A DNA stretch of 60,482 nucleotides, counting the filler, from Sphacelaria rigidula (taxonomy: Eukaryota): the NCBI GenBank assembly GCA_964200075.2. It is 7 parts of 7 records of this genome, joined end to end, with 100 filler letters (N's around TTAATTAATTAA, not from the genome) between each part and the next. Parts side by side here need not be neighbours in the genome. Positions count along the whole stretch, not along the records: positions 1 to 8,555 come from CAXNAA020010791.1; positions 8,656 to 17,210 come from CAXNAA020010792.1; 5 more parts are not named here. One strand, written 5' to 3'. The position numbers and the translations under genes are program-made. How positions within the stretch are numbered: position 1 is the first letter of the stretch; every line of letters starts with the position of its first letter. Positions 1-11,899 of the stretch are shown piece after piece. Under the pieces are notes generated by a model that was given only the letters and a program-made list of their open reading frames with translations, did not search any database and was not told the DNA's origin.

Positions 1-1720
1 AAGCAAAACAAATTCGGATAATCTTTGAGAAACTAAGAAATTACGGATTCTGCATACTTCTGACGCTGACTACTGCATTGCGAAAGGCATTTGATGATGA
101 CACCATTTTGGGTGATGGGCGTGCATCAGCCTGGAAGTTCAGATTTAATGTGGTTGTGCCTACCCTGTGCCGTGTGTGCCTCACTAGCTTTCAGTGTCGT
201 TCCATCTCGTGCTTTGAGCATCAACTTTCTCTATCCATGATAACACGTATTACTGTCTTTGTGGTGGTTTGGTTTCCACAGTGTTGTGTGCGTCGTCTCA
301 TGTTTTTACTGTCTTACGGACTCATTAGTGGGTGCTCTGGGTTCAACCGAGGCCAGAAGATATCGGCATTGCCATCCTTTTGGGGGGTTTCGCTAAGGCC
401 GGCAAACCATGAAGTGGGCCCAAAGCGATGCGTGAGGCTGAGCACCAATGAACGGCAGCATTTTCTGCGGACACCAGCAATCGAGCAGTATGCTTCATCC
501 CCCGATAAAGAGTTCCGCGGAGCGGGGGCATGGCTCCTGAAAACGTATTTACGAACCACCTTGGCCCCTTGGGCGAAGGAAGAGAATCAACCGCACTTGC
601 ATCAACCGGCAGGCCCCAGCATGCCATTTTGCGTCGAGATACCTGCCTTGGCCAAGCTTATCCATCGCCCGCGACGAAAACAAATAACAAAGGAAACAAA
701 TGATCACCACACAACTGACCCATCGTTTGGATTTATCAATGCACGCCTCTACCCAGCAGCCCGAGCACACACTCATGAGAATCGCAACCTAGTCCCATCA
801 TACATGCGTTGGCGACTGAAAAATGAATCAAAACCGCCACAGCAGCAGCAGTTAGACAACAATCAAAGGTCGCACCGACAGTGACCGAATCATGCACGCG
901 CAAAATTTCGCCGTCACCGGGGCTAAAACCAAAACACGGGGACTTGTAAAGCTCTCGCCTTGCAGCTCGAGCCGTTAGAAACGGCTAGCCACCCCGACAC
1001 AAGAAACGAACGTTTAAAACAATCGAAATACAGTATTTGAAGCCCTGGCGCTACAAGCTCCTAATGGCCATCAAAAGCGACAGGTCTCCCTCTTTCAGGG
1101 AAACTTTCAACAGCTGCCTTGACGACCGTAAGAAAGGGAAACAAAATAAAGCGGGTGTCGATGTACATAATAAAAATGTTCTCATCTGGAAAAAAAATAC
1201 AAGACGCGCTGCCCGTCGTTTCACGCGACGGACAATGCAACTTCACCCATTGTGCATGCAAAAACATGCCGATACAGCATGCCGAATCAAACAACGCTCG
1301 GCCCTGTAATTGGGTTGAAAAAAAGTCCAGGTTGTAAAAACAGAACCGGCAACAGAACGCTAACTTGCTTACTGAAATTGATGATGTCGCGGGGGGCTAT
1401 ACCCCGCCCGTACTCGAAGGGTACCACTTCGTATATCGCGGCACCTAAGCTGCATGAAAAATCATCAACATCAGCACACTACCGTACACGTGGTCCAAGT
1501 TGTGTCGCCAAAGTCGAAAACACACTAAAAATCAAAACAGATAACCCACCTCCACCATAATCACAACAACGTAATGCCAAGCCACACCGTATTTTGAGTG
1601 TAAACATCGCTCCCCTACAACCTCCCCCCCTATAGGAATTAGAAATACGAGAAGTAGTAGTGAATCGGGTATATCTCCACCCCCACCACCCTCACTCCCA
1701 AATGACCACACGCACGAATG

Positions 1721-4700
1721 TCAAACTGGATCCAACCAACCACCCTCTTCCGCTATCCCTCGTGGAGTGTGACTTCCCCCTCGACGAGCCGTATCGCGGG
1801 TGGGCGGAGATGCCGCCCGCACCACAACACTACCCGCCGCGGCATACGCCGCACCAGCCTCGTCCGGCGCAGAAAACCGCCGGACAAACGAAGACGCGGA
1901 ACTCGCGCGCCCCCCACCCGCCCCCGTTACCCCTCCACCCCCGCCCGTTACTCCTCCTCCCCCCCCACCCGTTACTCCCCCGCCGTCCCCACCGCCGCCT
2001 GATGATGCGATAGCTACGACCGAGCCTTCCCCTCCGGACAGCTCATCACCGCTTGCGTGTTCGGCCCCGGAGGCGATACCGCCGCCACCGCCGCCACTCA
2101 CCAAACTCCCGCCGCTTCTTACCGTGACGATCCGACTCAACCTCAACACTTGCTGGATGGCGTGACGACACACAGGACACACGGAGGGAGGAGTGACAGC
2201 CAGGTGCTGCGCGCAGGCGTAGCAAATCCCGCTGTGTCCACACTCCATCAACACAGCGTCAGCTGGCCTTGTGCAGCAAATATAGCACGTCGCGGACGGC
2301 TGAGACGGGGTGCCCAACACCCCCGCTTCCATTTTCCTCGCCACAATATCCTCTTCACTCTCACACCCAGCCACCATTACCCCTTCCCCACCCTCTCGTA
2401 TGTCGTCATCATCTAACCCTGCTTCTGAAGACATACCTCCGTGCCAACTCAAAACCCGCGTCATGCCAGCACCTCCAGCCGTGCTCCCGCCATGCCTGCT
2501 TGCGGTGCCCAATCCACTGTGGGAGCTGTGACCGTGTCCACTGAAACCATGGCTACTCAAGCCGTGAATACTCATGTTGTGGTGGCTGTTACTGCTCAAG
2601 CCGTGGCGGCTGCTGCTGCCGCCTTGAAGCAGGAATGGCGGGAGATTCGTTGGCGTTGCCCCTTGCTCGCTGCCGAAGGCCAGCAGAATCTCCGGAGATG
2701 GCGTGGACCTCAAACTTGGATCAACGCCGCCGATGACGTCTCTCGGATCTTCCTCATCATCTCCGTCTATTGACAAACCCACCTGAACAGATATGCGCGG
2801 GGACACGCATTTTTGTACTTTAGATTGGGTGTACACACGAACCGTAAGTGAGCGCACAGCCTGCTCCTCTTCTCAACTCATCGCGGCAAACGATTAGTAG
2901 CGTTCATTTCGTTTGGTACACATGAACAATACTGTAATATTGAGAAAGGGGGGACAGATCGTGTGGAGCGCACCATGCGTCGGATGCGCTGGGTAACGCC
3001 ATAACCATCACGTCTTGCTCTGATTTTTCGCAGCTTGCCTTCTTAATTTCGCCGAGTGAGGCCCAGTTGTCATCCCTCTACGCAAGAGCACAAACAAAGG
3101 ACGCACTCGTATTTTCGAAGCGATCTCCGAAGATATCCTCACCGCTGCAGATCATAAATCGAAGTTCAGGCTCTACTTTCGCATTGATGAACACATAACC
3201 GCACACCAAAGTATACTCGGACAGACCGAAGAAACCTGCGGTTAGACTAACCTCATGGTGAGCATCATCGTCATCGCCATCAGCATCCGAGGCGTAGCTG
3301 CCGTAGCTGTTCAGGTCGTAACTGTCAGTCACGGAATGCGTCCCGGAATCCGCCTGTAACAGACCCCGATCATATCTCTCATTCTGAACCAACGGGTGTC
3401 GAGCAGAAGCAAGGTAAAAACAACGATAGAAACGGCAACAACGAAATTAACAGCGACAACGATTGCCTCGTGTTCAGAGCTACACTACGCGAGCACGACA
3501 TCTGTGGACTGCATGGGAGCAAAACATGCAACGCACCTGCTGCTAATCAGCACGCTATACTAACGGCACGTGTAGTCTCCACGAGATAAGGGCAAACGGC
3601 AAAGGTGGCGCTGGATCGAGAAATCGCCTACACGCCACGGACACCAGAAATGTGATGCCGCTCTGATATTTTCTCCCAGGGCTACAAGAGCCTCATCACT
3701 CAACAATATCTGGCGTGTTCTAAAAGCTCCGCTTTCAACCTTCACGCCGACATACGCATCGAGGTGCATGCAAATTGTTGTGTGAGTATGGTCGCCCCGG
3801 TGGCTCAGTTGGTAACCTCGAAACCTTCTGACGGTTGGGTCGTGGGTTCGAATCTCGGAGCGATCTGGGATTTTTTCTCACACAATGCTCAACAGTGGAG
3901 AGCGACCATGTCGTGGGTATACGAAATTCGACTGAATGGTCGACAAGGGAAGGAGACTGCTGGACTCCTCTCGCGATAAAAAATAAAGGCGAGCACCGCA
4001 GAATAAAGATGGAGTATTGAAAAAAAAAAAAAACGGGGCAGGCCTACCAACAGACCAACCCCGGCGGGGGGGGAGACAAAAAAAAAAAAGACGAGACCGG
4101 CGTCCAGAATAGATGGGACGACAACATATACACAACACACATACGCGTGTGCGTGTGTAATGCAACAAACGACAGGTATCCGATCTTAGCACATACCGTC
4201 ATTTAAGGACGAAGATATTCGCTTCGCTGGGTCGTCAGTATACATTTGCAATACATATCCGTGCGTACCTTGGAGGCAAGTCCATTTCTGCCGCCTTGTC
4301 TTGGAGACGCTTCCTCCTCAGACCCAGCTCTCTGCTGTCGCTCCGACGACATGGAAAATCGCCCTCGGACCTACTCGAACCGACAGACACCACGAACCCA
4401 TAGGGCAGCAACGTGGCGTGAACGTTGTGTACCTCTTCAAAATATTCTCCGAATCCCAAAACAAGAAACATAATGCAGGTGCACTACGAACCAACCGTAA
4501 CCATGGCATTGGACATGGTACGAAAAGAGTCTACAATATATACATTAAATAGATTATGGATAAATAGATAGGTCGGTATATATGGGGGTGGATGAGTCAG
4601 ATACACCGATACCGAAGATGACCATGAGGAACACCTGCGGGTGTTGAGTCTGTGCACCTCGAATATTCAATTCCTGCGGGGTGTTATTCAGGGAGTTTGT

Positions 4701-7700
4701 GCACAACGTACCCCGATGCAGTAATGTGGATGCCAGCATGACGCTAAAATCAGCCAAAATCTCTCAGCCGGCGGTATTACTCATAGGGGTGGTATTTAGC
4801 GTACGGGTGTAATGCTGCGTCATGTACAGTACACGCCGGCAAAAACGCGTGTAGGGGGGAACTTCAACAGTGAAACTGTACCCGGCCGACGCCGCTGTCG
4901 CACGGCATAAAACATCCATCCACCCCTCTCCAGTATAATTTCATTACTCGATTCGAGTGTGAACACCGGTATTCGGATTGAGGACCGACGGCCGGATGGG
5001 TAGGGTGACTCGTGTACAGAGTCGAGCTAGGGGACACTGTAGGAGGTGTGGTCGGTGCGGGACATCGTCGTCCCAAGTCCGACACTAGCTGGGTGGGGGG
5101 GGGCACTCCCACCTTGGTGCCTACCCATACATTCGCTAGACACGTCTGCCCTATGGGGCGGACATGTCTGGCGGAGAAACTGGCAATAGCAAAGTGCATG
5201 GTGTGAGGTTCCTTCCTGTCCTCTGGGGACGAAAAAAAAAAAAAACGGTATTCGAATCTTTGCCGACAGTCTTAAGTGCTCCTGGCGTGCGGAGAAGGCA
5301 TTTTTGTCTACATCGACGCCGCAGGCGCCGATTGAAAGTCCACCAACGCCGCACTTTGCCTACGGAACACTTTGCACCCCCCTCGCCAGAGGGTTCTCGG
5401 TATGCCTTTGGTTGGGGTTAGGGTTCAAGATTAGAGTTAACCATAGTTCGAGATAGCATATTTCCAAGAAATTTCTTGTCCGACCAGGTGGCAAACTGAC
5501 CCACTCCCTCTTCGATGTGGCAACAACTTGGTGAAGTCTGGTTTCTCCCGACTGACGCAACAACTGCGTGCATCGAAAACATCTCCACTCGTGCATACCT
5601 CTGACGCAAAGAACGAACTCATGGAACATGTACTCAGTGCTACCCATCGCCTTTTTCCCTCATGAAGGCATGTCCCACAAAAAATAAAAACACCACCGCT
5701 GAACACATACCTCCCGCGTACCCGTCCCCGCAACCGCCGCCGAAAGGCTAGGGCCCCCGCGCGATAACCTGTTGCCTGGTGGGAAAATATTCTGCAGCCC
5801 GTGAAAACTCCTTGAATTTCGGGTTGGGGCTCCCCTTCCCCCTTCCGCCCCAACGGCGCGGCCTCCGGCCCCTGCATCGCCCCCCCGCCCAGCTTGGCGA
5901 GCACGAGATGCTCGTCGCCGTTGTCTCCACTCCGCCAGCTGCATCACCCAGCCGTGATTATACGAAACACAGATATATACATGGGAACAATATTAATAGT
6001 TGTTGTTCCAACACTCGTGCAGCAGTTATTTTTCGCCTATTCCGAGTCGATGCTATTTAGTCACAACAGCCACGTTATGGCCGGTCGTTCATATCTTCCA
6101 AGTGAAGATTCAAGGTCAGGTGGGGTAACTGCTTTTGTCGGTGCCCCTAGCCTGTGCTGTATGTGGTAAGTAGTTTTTGATATGGCGCATTTCAAGGACG
6201 GGGCCACCTTTATGCTGGCACTGCTCGAAACGGTTTTCATCACTTGGCGTCTACCTCACTTCAATACATGTATCTACCTAAAGGACGCGCATCCAATTTC
6301 TCACAAGCTTGCAGCGACATACATGCATCATGCATCATGCACAAGCATCGAACTCCCGTACAGCCGCCGGCACAACTCACTTCGCATATTTCATGTTTCG
6401 TTTTCTTTCCGCTCCAATCACCGTTCAGTCCACCGCAAAACACGAGCACAATAATGTCGTGAATGCTGTTAGTACATTCCGTTGCGGAGACGCACTCCCT
6501 CAATAACCTCCAACATACGTCACACAATATCCGGCCAGCGTCGCCTTCTGTGAGTGTACATTAACCCCGTTTTTTTATAAATAGTTTCAAGCTCTCAAGA
6601 AAAATATGCCCGATCTGCGCTTCCCCTTCTGAAAGCCATGCCCACTCTTACATTATGTTCGAAAAGCGCTACCCAATTGACAACCGCCCCACCTGCAAAG
6701 ACATTCTTTCCGACTCCACGAGATGCCGGTCAGCCTCCCCTAATCGCCGAACGAAGGATACGGACGCCCGCCTGAATAGCGTAGAGCTCTCTCGCATTAA
6801 TATCGTGGGCGTAGGCCGCGCCGAGGCATTACGCCTGGCAGCAGCCGGCGCCGCTTCCGGGAATACCCCGGCCGTTGACACCTCCGGCCCGTTGACACCA
6901 TTCGGGTCGTGAGCTTGCCGAAACGTCTCCTCAACCGTCCGCATCGTCTGCAGTAATCGAGATTGAGATGCATCACGTCGGGACTTAGTGCGGTGGGATG
7001 GGGGGGGGGCATGGCGGGGACACGGCCTCGGCAACTATCAGCGAATACATATAGACAGGCGGACGGCGATTACGTCAGCTGAACTCGACAAGCATGGAGA
7101 CAGTGTAGTAGAGAAGCACAGGGGGCAATTTGTAGGTGTACACTAGCTCGGAGATGACATTTACAGCAGGGAGAGTTCAAGTTGAGTAAGATGAGTCCAG
7201 ATATTCCAATTCCGATTCGTCTGAAACTGAACGCAGTACTGGTCAGCCACCAGCCAAAAGCGACAGACACTTGAACTCATCCTGTTCAACGGGCCCTCCG
7301 CAAGCCGACATCGGCGAGCGAAGCGATCTCCACACTAAACCCTTGCCAATATTTGAAACCATTAGCATACATCTTACTGTCTTTAGGAAGGTGCGCTGTA
7401 CAATAACACGTAGAGTCTTTTTCCCTTGGTACGAACAACATTGCAAAACACGGACGAAACAACTTCACCGGACCCAGCTAGCCAGCAAGGTAGCAAGGCA
7501 GCAAGTCAAGCACATCATCATCGCATGTGAAAAAAAAAAGCAAAAGTGGCAAGTTGACCAGCTAAGCAGACACCGTGAACCACACACGAGAGCTTTCCCC
7601 CTGAGTTATCCCTGCAGCCATCACATACATGGTCATCATCATCACAATCACTATCGTGCTGCTCACCCGAACGTAGTGACGCGTGATGAGTAATAACACC

Positions 7701-8270
7701 GGCAGAAACACAAGGATCATGGCGTACAGGGCTATTAACGGCGCCAGGATGGTCCTGGCCGGAAAATCTTCGTTCCCATCCAGCTCCAGCGTTAGAAAAA
7801 CCAAAAATAGCAAGGCGCAAAACGTCAAGCTTTGGCAGCAGCGAGAACAAAGACAGGAACGACAACGACAACGAGAAGGGAGGGGGCGTACTCATTTGTT
7901 GCTTGCCTTAGTCGTTTGACCATTGACCACGCATCCATTTCGAGACGAAGCACCAGGGGCGGGGGTATCCATAACCTTGCATGTTGTAGTCACAAGATCA
8001 TTCAGGGGTGGGGGGGGTTGGCGCAACAACAATCTCGAAGGAGTTGCGATAAACTCCGGGAGCATCTATGTTTGGCATCTGCACGACTCGGTGACAACAT
8101 CTAGGCACAATGGTGAGGAAACAGCAAAAACGCTCAGTGCGAGATAGTACGTCGAAATAGAGCGGAGAAGTAATGGAGGGGCTGCGGATACGACGGGGCA
8201 AGAGAGCTGCTGATTCTTCATCTTTTTCGTTATACTTCGAATTCCTCCCGTTCCTCCCGACGAGTCCATA
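1721..8270 (-). CDS. Partial (5'-incomplete) spliced gene for a transmembrane protein with a C-terminal RING-HC (C3HC4_3-type) finger, probable membrane E3 ubiquitin ligase; TM segment resembles TMEM185/Fragile-X-F-associated family. Exons 8270-8151, 7829-7667, 6947-6693, 3353-3252, 2782-1721
   Basis: GT-AG junctions with compatible phases (2,0,0,0) give one frame: ...LLLRSIST|LTFCALLFLVFLTLELDGNEDFPARTILAPLIALYAMILVFLPVLLLITRHYVR|TMRTVEETFRQ...MSLQ|ADSGTH...AHHE|VGLSIDG...CYICCTRPADAVLMECGHSGICYACAQHLAVTPPSVCPVCRHAI...stop TGA at 1723-1721. Confidence 0.85.
3790..4160 (+). mobile_element. tRNA-derived SINE, copy 1 (in an intron of the RING gene)
   Basis: Head with Pol III A-box TGGCTCAGTTGG and B-box GGTTCGAATC, followed by a ~300-bp body shared with 32176-32552 and ending in a CA-rich tail. 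Confidence 0.8.
5371..5440 (+). repeat. Interspersed repeat containing degenerate TTAGGG-like units (also 23855-23930, 46414-46482, partial 31626-31680)
   Basis: Shared TGCA(T/C)CCCC..GCC.GAG.GTTCTCG block followed by GGGTTAG-like motifs in four contigs. Confidence 0.6.
7882..7954 (-). mobile_element. ~72-nt G-tract-associated short repeat, copy 1
   Basis: GGGGGCGTACTCATTTGTTGCTTGCCTTAGTCGTTTGACCATTGACCACGCATCCATTTCGAGACGAAGCACC; further copies at 14533-14595, 16682-16708 and 16772-16793 (partial), 47113-47185 (opposite strand, diverged), 48938-49008, 49051-49150, 52039-52103, 54965-55036, 56758-56782 and 57095-57140 (opposite strand, partial). Confidence 0.85.
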
Positions 8271-8555
8271 CTGTTGGATCAAGACACTGACCTACCCCTT
8301 TTCTCTCCTCCGGCACATGCCTGACACTGTGGTATCACGGAGTGCACTCCCGCACTGCATGAACGTTCAGCGCTTCTCACCAACTCATGTTTTCGTCGAT
8401 CGAAAGCAGATACCCCCGAAAAACGAAAAAAGACATTGTCCGGGATTCGAACTCACTCGCAACTCCGACCTACATCGGTTCTTCTGTATATCACTTTTCA
8501 GACCACCGGACGCGGCGGTTACGGTGGAACGGTTTTTGGGTATACTTGACCCTTT

Positions 8556-8655
8556 NNNNNNNNNNNNNNNNNNNNNNNNNNNNNNNNNNNNNNNNNNNNT
8601 TAATTAATTAANNNNNNNNNNNNNNNNNNNNNNNNNNNNNNNNNNNNNNNNNNNN
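8556..8655. other. Artificial contig-joining spacer (also 17211-17310, 25866-25965, 34521-34620, 43175-43274, 51829-51928)
   Basis: Same 100-bp N-run/TTAATTAATTAA/N-run block six times, separating contigs of near-identical length. Confidence 0.98.
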
Positions 8656-8737
8656 GTTGCTTCTCTCTCTGGTGATATCGTCATCGACACGCGTGTACAC
8701 CGCATTTCGTTGGGTGCACCTAGCCAGAGTTGCTTAA

Positions 8738-8841
8738 CCCTTAGACCGCGGTGCCCGTAGTCCATCTGGACCACGCGTGTACTTTTTTCAAGCGAATAAT
8801 GATGCCGATTCAGCAGGTGACCTACTCTCGCGGTCTAACGG
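8738..8841. mobile_element. 104-bp piggyBac-like MITE
   Basis: TTAA|CCCTTAGACCGCG...CGCGGTCTAACGG|GTAA; the homologous host repeat at 22915-22940 has a single empty TTAA; related units at 33710-34017. Confidence 0.8.
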
Positions 8842-9009
8842 GTAACTTCTGCTGCGGAGGTTTGGGAAGGAAGATACTTTCGCTCTGTCTTACTCTTTCG
8901 TATCTCCCCTGCAATAGAGAAATGGGACTTCAACCTCATTCTTTGTTTCAACCCCAAAAATTAGGATCGGCTGTTTACTGCTCCCAGGTGTTCACGCAGC
9001 CAGCGTGTG

Positions 9010-9826
9010 CTCCAGAGTGCAGCATGGACGCACCCCTCTGCACTACGCTAACAACACTTAGATCACAACTATAGGTATCTTTAATCACTCCGCATGTCAA
9101 GAAGATCTCCACAAGTGTTTGATCTCTCTTTCACACACACACATCAACTGGCGTCTGGCACGCTCTTGTCGTCGGGCACCTAGAGGGTCACATACATGTC
9201 GGGTAAAATCAACGATGAATATCACCCCCCAAGTTCAAATTGGATATGTTCTTTTCGCCGTAGCACCGCCCTTGCTGACATGTGTGTGACAGATAACACT
9301 AGTAGCGGTGACGGGAACATTGCCCTGTTTCTCAACGACATGTTTTTCAGCGCACAGAGGCGCGTCCTGTCCAGAAAGAGAGGCAGAGAGAAATCGATCT
9401 TTGCATTGGTGAGCTCCAGAGACAAGAAGAGACGAAATCCCTCCGCACCTCGATGTTCTTTGGGGGGCTGTGCGCAGCAACATAATAACATTCCTACCGG
9501 CACATGAGAAATTCGGTACATGCTGGTAACATCCATGGTGCCAGTCTCTCGAGCGATTGGTAATCGCCGACCGAGGACGCACAAAGGACACGGGCGAGGA
9601 GCTTCCTCCCTGTCGTTGCTTCTTTCTTTGGTGATGTCGTCATCGACACGCGTGTACACCATATTCGTTCGGTCCACCCAGCCACAATTGATTCACTGCT
9701 GCAGAGTTTTGGGGGGAAAGATGGTTTCGCTCTGTGGAACTGTTTCGCGTCATTCCTGCCCAAACGATATGCCACTTGAACCTCATTTTAGAGATTAGCC
9801 TCAAAAATAAGGATCCGCTATTATAT
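9010..9826. repeat. ~800-bp interspersed repeat family R1 (second copy 22293-23057, partial copy 8656-8890)
   Basis: Colinear similarity between contigs 2 and 3, e.g. GACGCACCCCTCTGCAC...TCGTCATCGACACGCGTGTACACC...GGATCCGCT.TTATATC. Confidence 0.85.
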
Positions 9827-9832
9827 CCTCTC

Positions 9833-10171
9833 TGTAGTGACATATCAGAGACTGATGACACACATGTATGAAGAATCAGCGCATGCAGGTACAAGGTAGG
9901 AACGGCCCGAAAGGACCAGATTACCGAGAACCCTGTAGTGCCAACGATACTAGACAACTTGGGGTGATGATGCTGATACTAGGACGGTCCAACATCCCCC
10001 GAGGAACTGGTCGCCCCCAGGCGACCATTTCTTGTCTAACCCACTTCTTGCCTAGATATTGTAAGAGAATATCATCGCTAGCCTCGGACTTCTTTCGGAA
10101 TTAGGACGACACGTCCAACGACAGTCTCCCCCTTAGGTCTCTGTTTACCCTAGCGATAGGCCTTCCTCACA
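9833..10171 (+). repeat. 5' LTR (339 bp)
   Basis: TGTAGTGACATATCAGAGACTGATG...CCTTCCTCACA, repeated at 14392-14513 plus 15100-15332. Confidence 0.88.
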
Positions 10172-10344
10172 TTGGCGACACCAGAAAAGGACTCAGGCAA
10201 GAAGGCCGTAGACGTACAAAACTAGAACGAGAACCGACTGCTCCCCGACACCGGAAACATTAGGGTCCTCGAAGGAACGCTACTCCAGGTGAAACGTATG
10301 GGTCATGTGCAAAAGTGTTGAAGTTGAGAGGTATGTGTTTGGTT

Positions 10345-10530
10345 CAACGCGAAATTAGCCCCCTCAGTGTGCATCATATGTCACCCGCATTGCTAATCAA
10401 ACAGCCAAACGCGAAATTCGACTCCTCAGTGTGCCTCATATGTCCCCTGTATGGCTAGTCAAACAGCGAAACGCGAAAATAGTCTCATCAGCGTGCATTA
10501 TATGTCACCAGAATGGCTAATCAAGCAGGA
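10345..10530 (+). repeat. Three tandem ~62-bp units in the retrotransposon 5' leader
   Basis: AACGCGAAA.T...C.CAGTGTGCATCATATGTCACC...GCTAATCAAACAG three times. Confidence 0.8.
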
Positions 10531-11899
10531 AAACCACACTCATCAACTAATATTTCACCACCATAGTGCGAAAGGCACGGCAATTGATCAAGCAAGCCGA
10601 CCTCTGGGAACGCGGTGACTTGAAATAGGACTAACAAAATATTGTATCCAACCTGCGAATGCGCGACCTTATCATCCCCCACCATTTAGCAAGCAAAAGA
10701 AGGTGTATTAGATGGTCTTACCGCATCCCAGGTCACAAGTTGAGAAAAATTGAAAACTACAGACAGTTCAATATTTCACACCTCAGTACGCGTGCAAGAG
10801 AGAAAAAGGGCCAACCATGTGGTGAAAAACATCGGAAAGAAGCGAGTTTCCTAGTTAGTACAGTAATTCCTCCGGTGGGGCACCAAAACAGCCCTCAGTT
10901 GTGACGTGAAAGTACATACTAGGAGCAGAACCTGAAAAAAAGCACGATGAGAGTTGCTTCTTAAGCAGCCTTCAGAGCAGCCGTGGAAAAAGCATACACC
11001 GGACAGAGGTCCGTCATCGTCTAGATGAAGCTCAACTTATTGAGGCTCTCATCATGCTACATTCTGCGTCGTACCCCAATGAATCGGTAGCGTTACATTC
11101 CGCGTGGACACCTACGTTCAAGCGACAGCCAGAATGACCAACAATATTATAAGCAGGGGCTGTTGATTCCAAATTGAAACACCAGTCTTCCTTTTTAAAC
11201 CTGATCTTGGGCGATCACTGTTATGACTCGTACAACGCATCATCACTACTGTAGGTATACAGATACGCTCTGAGCGTTATCCTGTGCATCAATATTCGTT
11301 AGAGGCGCAGCCGGAGTGAATGGTACCCCGCTGAAAAAAATCACAATCGATTCCACAGCAGATGTACCATGTATCAGCAAAACAGTTCATAGATGGACAC
11401 CCGGTCTTAATGGCAGCTGATATAAAACCAGTACCACCAGGACCCATGGATCTCAGAAGCGCGGACGTTTCCCCCATAAACGTCCTAGGGTTCCCTCATG
11501 AAATGGCAGTATTAGCTGAAACGGAAAATACCCCGTCAACAACAACAACAGCTGTCGTGGAGCCACGCATAATAACCGAAGAAGACAATCGATCGCCCTG
11601 TACCTCAAGCATCCACGCGCATCATTGTTGCAAGGACAGTATGCACGTGGTCGGCAACGAATAACCCACCAATGGTGAAAATCTCCAAGTCGTCGAGCCG
11701 ACACGTAAACCCGAAACGCAATACGATTTTAGGCCATATTACCTCAATGCAAGAGACGAAAAACCGGGGAAAATGCATAATAATGATAAGAGACAAAAAC
11801 CGGAGAAATTTCATGTTGATCCGTGGACCCTCTCACGACTGTTTGCGCTACTCCAGAGCGACAAGAAGCTGAAATCAAGCCGTTGCTCACACGATTTTG

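Noticed and set aside
78-884. 268-aa ORF, with a GAGAWL stretch reminiscent of non-LTR retrotransposons
   Set aside because: Non-ATG start, no further recognisable domain; too weak to call
1660-2773. Several Pro-rich + strand ORFs
   Set aside because: Antisense shadows of the GC-rich last exon of the RING gene
3790-3866. Functional tRNA gene (also 32176-32252)
   Set aside because: Acceptor and T stems do not fold canonically and both copies continue into a shared SINE body
7158-7281. Possible extra exon of the RING gene
   Set aside because: Flanking exons already join in phase without it and no frame fits convincingly
7882-7954. Hammerhead or HDV-like ribozyme identity for the 72-nt element
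   Set aside because: No CUGAnGA core and no HDV nested-pseudoknot pairing could be drawn
8556-8655. Regularly spaced TTAATTAATTAA motif every ~8.65 kb
   Set aside because: Embedded in N-runs; an assembly concatenation spacer, not biology
10345-10530. CRISPR-like array (also considered for 16682-17040 and 38172-38330)
   Set aside because: Contiguous degenerate tandem units with no unique spacers, eukaryotic context, no cas genes
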